Assembly: GCA_963677435.1 (NCBI GenBank)
Contig: OY781945.1
Location: forward strand, 2,880,001 to 2,944,000
Length of the DNA: 64,000 bases
Direction of reading: 5' to 3'
From: an uncultured Aliarcobacter sp.
Lineage (GTDB): Bacteria; Campylobacterota; Campylobacteria; Campylobacterales; Arcobacteraceae
In this document: positions 60,796-64,000 of the stretch, one piece after another
Layout of the letters: each line of letters opens with the position of its first letter
Position numbering within the stretch: position 1 is the first letter of the stretch
The notes under the pieces: generated by a model
What the model saw: only the letters and a program-made list of their open reading frames with translations
Databases searched by the model: none
Told to the model about the DNA's origin: nothing
Made by a program: the position numbers and the translations under genes

Positions 60796-61968
60796 ATGGT
60801 TAATAATATTGAATACAATTTTGATGAAGAAGTAAATAGAAAAAATACGAATTGTGCAAAGTGGGATGGTTTAAAAAAATATTTTGGATATGAAGATCTA
60901 AATCCACTTTGGGTTGCAGACATGGATTTTAAAACTCCTAGTTTTATAAATGATGCAATAATAGATGCTGCAAAAAATGCCTCTTATGGTTATAGTATAG
61001 ATAGTAATGGTTTATATCAATCGATAATAAACTGGCAAAAGAATCAACACAATTGGGAAATAAAGAAAGAAAATATTTATATGATAAATGGTGTTGTTCC
61101 AGCTTATAGTGCTTGCATTGAAGCCTTTAGTGAAGAAGGTGATGAAGTAATTATTCAAACACCAATTTATCCACCACTTTTTAAATGTGTAACTTCTAAT
61201 AATAGAAAAGTAGTAATAAATGAACTAAAAAATGACAATGGTTATTACACTATGGATTTAGAGGATTTGGAGTCTAAAATAACTGCTAAAACAAAAATTC
61301 TAGCTCTTTGTTCACCTCACAATCCAGTTGGTCGTGTTTGGAGTAAAGAAGAACTTGAAAAACTTGCAACTATTTGTTTAAAACACAATATCACTATTGT
61401 TTCAGATGAAATTCATTCAGATATTACATTTAAAAAATTCACTCCATTGGCTTCAATATCCAAAGAGATTGCAAATCAAACAATTACTTTAAATAGTGCT
61501 GGAAAAACTTTTAATATTGCTGGATTAAATTGTGCTTATGCCATAAGTAAAAATGAAGAAATTTTAGATAAATTTAAACAAATTGCTCAAAAAAGAGAGA
61601 TTCAGTCAATAAACTTCTTTGGATATATTTCTACACAAACTGCATATGATAATGGTGCATTATTTGTTGAAGAATTAAAAAAATATCTTTTAAGTAATAT
61701 TGAGTTTACAAAAGATTATTTTAAAAAGAAAAATATGAAAATTGATTTTAATATTCCAGAAGCAACTTATCTTTTATGGTTAGATTTTTCTAAATATAAT
61801 CTTTCACATAATGAAATAAAAAATATATTACTTACAAAATCAAAAATAGCATTAAATGATGGTGTTTCTTTTGGTAGCAATGGAGATAAACATTTTAGAT
61901 TGAATCTAGCACTTAGTCAAAAAGCCCTAGAAATAGCACTAAATCAGTTATCTAAAGAATTTTCATAG
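60796..61968 (+). CDS. PatB/MalY-family PLP-dependent C-S lyase
   Basis: LWVADMDF, LCSPHNPVGRVW, SDEIH, SAGKTFNIAG. Confidence 0.92.
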   Translation: MVNNIEYNFDEEVNRKNTNCAKWDGLKKYFGYEDLNPLWVADMDFKTPSFINDAIIDAAKNASYGYSIDSNGLYQSIINWQKNQHNWEIKKENIYMINGVVPAYSACIEAFSEEGDEVIIQTPIYPPLFKCVTSNNRKVVINELKNDNGYYTMDLEDLESKITAKTKILALCSPHNPVGRVWSKEELEKLATICLKHNITIVSDEIHSDITFKKFTPLASISKEIANQTITLNSAGKTFNIAGLNCAYAISKNEEILDKFKQIAQKREIQSINFFGYISTQTAYDNGALFVEELKKYLLSNIEFTKDYFKKKNMKIDFNIPEATYLLWLDFSKYNLSHNEIKNILLTKSKIALNDGVSFGSNGDKHFRLNLALSQKALEIALNQLSKEFS

Positions 61969-62098
61969 CAAAAAAATAGCAAAGTATTACCTTTTTTCTC
62001 ACTATAAAGATTAATAGTTACAAATATATGAAAAACTTTATAATGTATTATAAATTAGTGTACAATCAATGAATAATATTTAATAAATAGGGGGAAAA

Positions 62099-62461
62099 AT
62101 GTCAACGCAATTAATTCTAGCCTCTGTTATTTTTGTGGCTATTGGACTTATACTTGTAAGTGTATTTGTACTTAGCAAATTTGTTGGGCCAAAAAATGAA
62201 AACTCAGAAATGAAGAATAGTGTTTATGAAAGTGGGGTTACAAATCCTATTGGAACGACTAATTTTAGATTTTCTGTTAAGTTTTATTTAGTTGCCATTT
62301 CCTTTTTATTATTTGATGTGGAAATAATTTTTATGTTTCCTTGGGCTATAAATATTTTAGAGTTAGGTTATTTTGGACTTTTTAAAATGTTTATATTTAT
62401 GGGATTGTTATTTGCTGGATTAATTTATCTTTATAAGAAAAAGGCATTATCATGGGATTAG
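62099..62461 (+). CDS. nuoA: NADH-quinone oxidoreductase subunit A
   Basis: [31 protein letters not shown]. Confidence 0.95.
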   Translation: MSTQLILASVIFVAIGLILVSVFVLSKFVGPKNENSEMKNSVYESGVTNPIGTTNFRFSVKFYLVAISFLLFDVEIIFMFPWAINILELGYFGLFKMFIFMGLLFAGLIYLYKKKALSWD

Positions 62462-62967
62462 GAGTTGAAGCTAAATTAGGTGACTCTATTGTTACAACTA
62501 GACTCGATCATGCAGTAAACTGGGGAAGAACTTACTCTTTGTGGCCAATGGTATTTGGAACAGCTTGTTGTGCTATTGAATTTATGGCAGCAGCTGGTTC
62601 TAAATATGACCTATCAAGATTTGGGGCAGAAGTTGTAAGATTTTCTCCAAGGCAAGCAGATTTATTAATTGTTGCTGGAACTATTTCATATAAACAAGCT
62701 CCTATTTTAAAAAAAATCTATGAACAAATGTGTGAACCAAAATGGGTTATTTCTATGGGTGCATGTGCATGTAGTGGAGGTTTTTATGATAACTATACAA
62801 CTCTTCAAGGAATAGATCAAATTATTCCAGTAGATGAGTATATTGCAGGTTGTCCACCAAGACCAGAAGCTATTCTTGATGCAATTATGAGAATTCAAGA
62901 AAGAGCTCAAGACGAATCTATTTTAAAAGATAGAGTAAAAGAGTTTAAAGGATTTTTAGATGCTTAA
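62452..62967 (+). CDS. nuoB: NADH-quinone oxidoreductase subunit B
   Basis: [30 protein letters not shown]. Confidence 0.97.
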   Translation: MGLGVEAKLGDSIVTTRLDHAVNWGRTYSLWPMVFGTACCAIEFMAAAGSKYDLSRFGAEVVRFSPRQADLLIVAGTISYKQAPILKKIYEQMCEPKWVISMGACACSGGFYDNYTTLQGIDQIIPVDEYIAGCPPRPEAILDAIMRIQERAQDESILKDRVKEFKGFLDA

Positions 62968-64000
62968 TTGTGATTTATTAATTGATTCTAAAGATATTAG
63001 AACAACTCTTTTAAAATTAAAAAATGAAGATAACTATACGATATTACTAGATGTAACTGTAATTGATTACCTAAAATTCCCAGATACTACTCCATCAAGA
63101 TTTGCTGTGGTTTATATTTTAAGAGATTATTCTTTTAAGAATCAAATTTCTGTTAAAGCTTTTGTAGATGACTTAACTCTTGAAATTCCTACAATAAGTG
63201 ATTTATATGAGTCCGCTAACTGGGCAGAAAGAGAAGCTTATGATCAATATGGTATCATCTTTAAAAATCATCCAAATTTAAAAAGAGTTTTAAATCATCA
63301 TCAATTTGTTGGTCATCCTCTAAGAAAAGATTATGAAATCACTAAAGGTCAAATCTGTACTGAAACTGAAGATTTAATGGATGAAATGAATCCTTTATTA
63401 ATATCAAAAGGTTATACAGCAGAAGATATTAATGATTTAATGTTATTAAATGTTGGACCATCTCACCCAGCAAGTCATGGAACAATAAGAAATTTTGTTG
63501 CAATGGAAGGTGAAACTATTACAGCTTGTGTGACAGAAATTGGATATTTGCATAGAGGTTTTGAAAAATCTTGTGAAACTCACACCTATTCACAAATTAT
63601 TCCATATACAGATAGATTAAATTATTGTAGTGCTATTTTAAATAATATTGGTTATTCAAAAGCAGTTGAAGAGATGTTAGGTATTGACATAACACCAAGA
63701 GCTAAAATGATAAGAGTAATTATTGGTGAATTAAGCAGAATAATTGACCACTTAGTTTGTAATGCTGCAAATATGGTTGATTTAGGTGGACTTACAAACT
63801 TTTGGTATCTATTTGCTCCAAGAGATATGGCTTATGATTTATTATCAAAATTAACAGGAGCTAGACTTACTAACACTTACACAAGAATTGGTGGTTTAGA
63901 ATTTGATTTATATGATGGTTTTAATGAAGATTTAACAGCTGTTTTAAAAGCAACACAAACAGCTATTGATGATGCTTTATCATTAATTGCTCATAATAAA
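62960..64000 (+). CDS. nuoCD: Fused NADH-quinone oxidoreductase subunit C/D (runs off the window edge; absent from the ORF track)
   Basis: One open frame from ATG 62960 carries NuoC motifs ([21 protein letters not shown]) then NuoD motifs ([34 protein letters not shown]). Confidence 0.92.
   Translation, partial: MLNCDLLIDSKDIRTTLLKLKNEDNYTILLDVTVIDYLKFPDTTPSRFAVVYILRDYSFKNQISVKAFVDDLTLEIPTISDLYESANWAEREAYDQYGIIFKNHPNLKRVLNHHQFVGHPLRKDYEITKGQICTETEDLMDEMNPLLISKGYTAEDINDLMLLNVGPSHPASHGTIRNFVAMEGETITACVTEIGYLHRGFEKSCETHTYSQIIPYTDRLNYCSAILNNIGYSKAVEEMLGIDITPRAKMIRVIIGELSRIIDHLVCNAANMVDLGGLTNFWYLFAPRDMAYDLLSKLTGARLTNTYTRIGGLEFDLYDGFNEDLTAVLKATQTAIDDALSLIAHNK

Overview
Very AT-rich chromosomal DNA from a Campylobacterota bacterium, most likely family Arcobacteraceae. 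This assignment rests on the napAGHBFLD gene order, a CosR/HsrA-type regulator next to peb4 and fbaA, a MOMP-type porin and a futalosine-route UbiD-like decarboxylase. Positions 1-16.3 kb hold a PQQ-dependent alcohol oxidation island: pqqB (partial), an unannotated pqqA, a PedH-type dehydrogenase with the lanthanide-diagnostic WDFDG active-site motif, a PedA1A2BC-like ABC system, cytochrome c550 PedF, an MxaJ-like protein, a SoxYZ-like carrier, a metallo-hydrolase, a second NitT/TauT-type ABC system, a degenerate DUF411 protein and a porin. Six predicted promoters in the island share one exact architecture, GCTA-N7-GCTAT-N10-(-10 hexamer), and the porin promoter carries six GCTA copies at an exact 11-bp period, pointing to an undescribed regulon. 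The rest is mostly housekeeping and metabolism: pepA, fbaA, peb4, cosR/cosS, rpsO, moaA, a Crp/Fnr regulator with an output-less NarX-type sensor, cobA, the nap operon (Fnr-type box at about -41.5), aapJQMP, sdaA, an MCP, ald, serS, a CDF exporter, trpS, hisG, coaX, a ThrE pair, a PLP C-S lyase and the start of a nuo operon with fused NuoCD. A candidate sRNA lies between convergent genes near 49.3-49.5 kb. I saw no rRNA, tRNA, CRISPR array or transposase. All family assignments come from motif recognition by eye; no searches were run.
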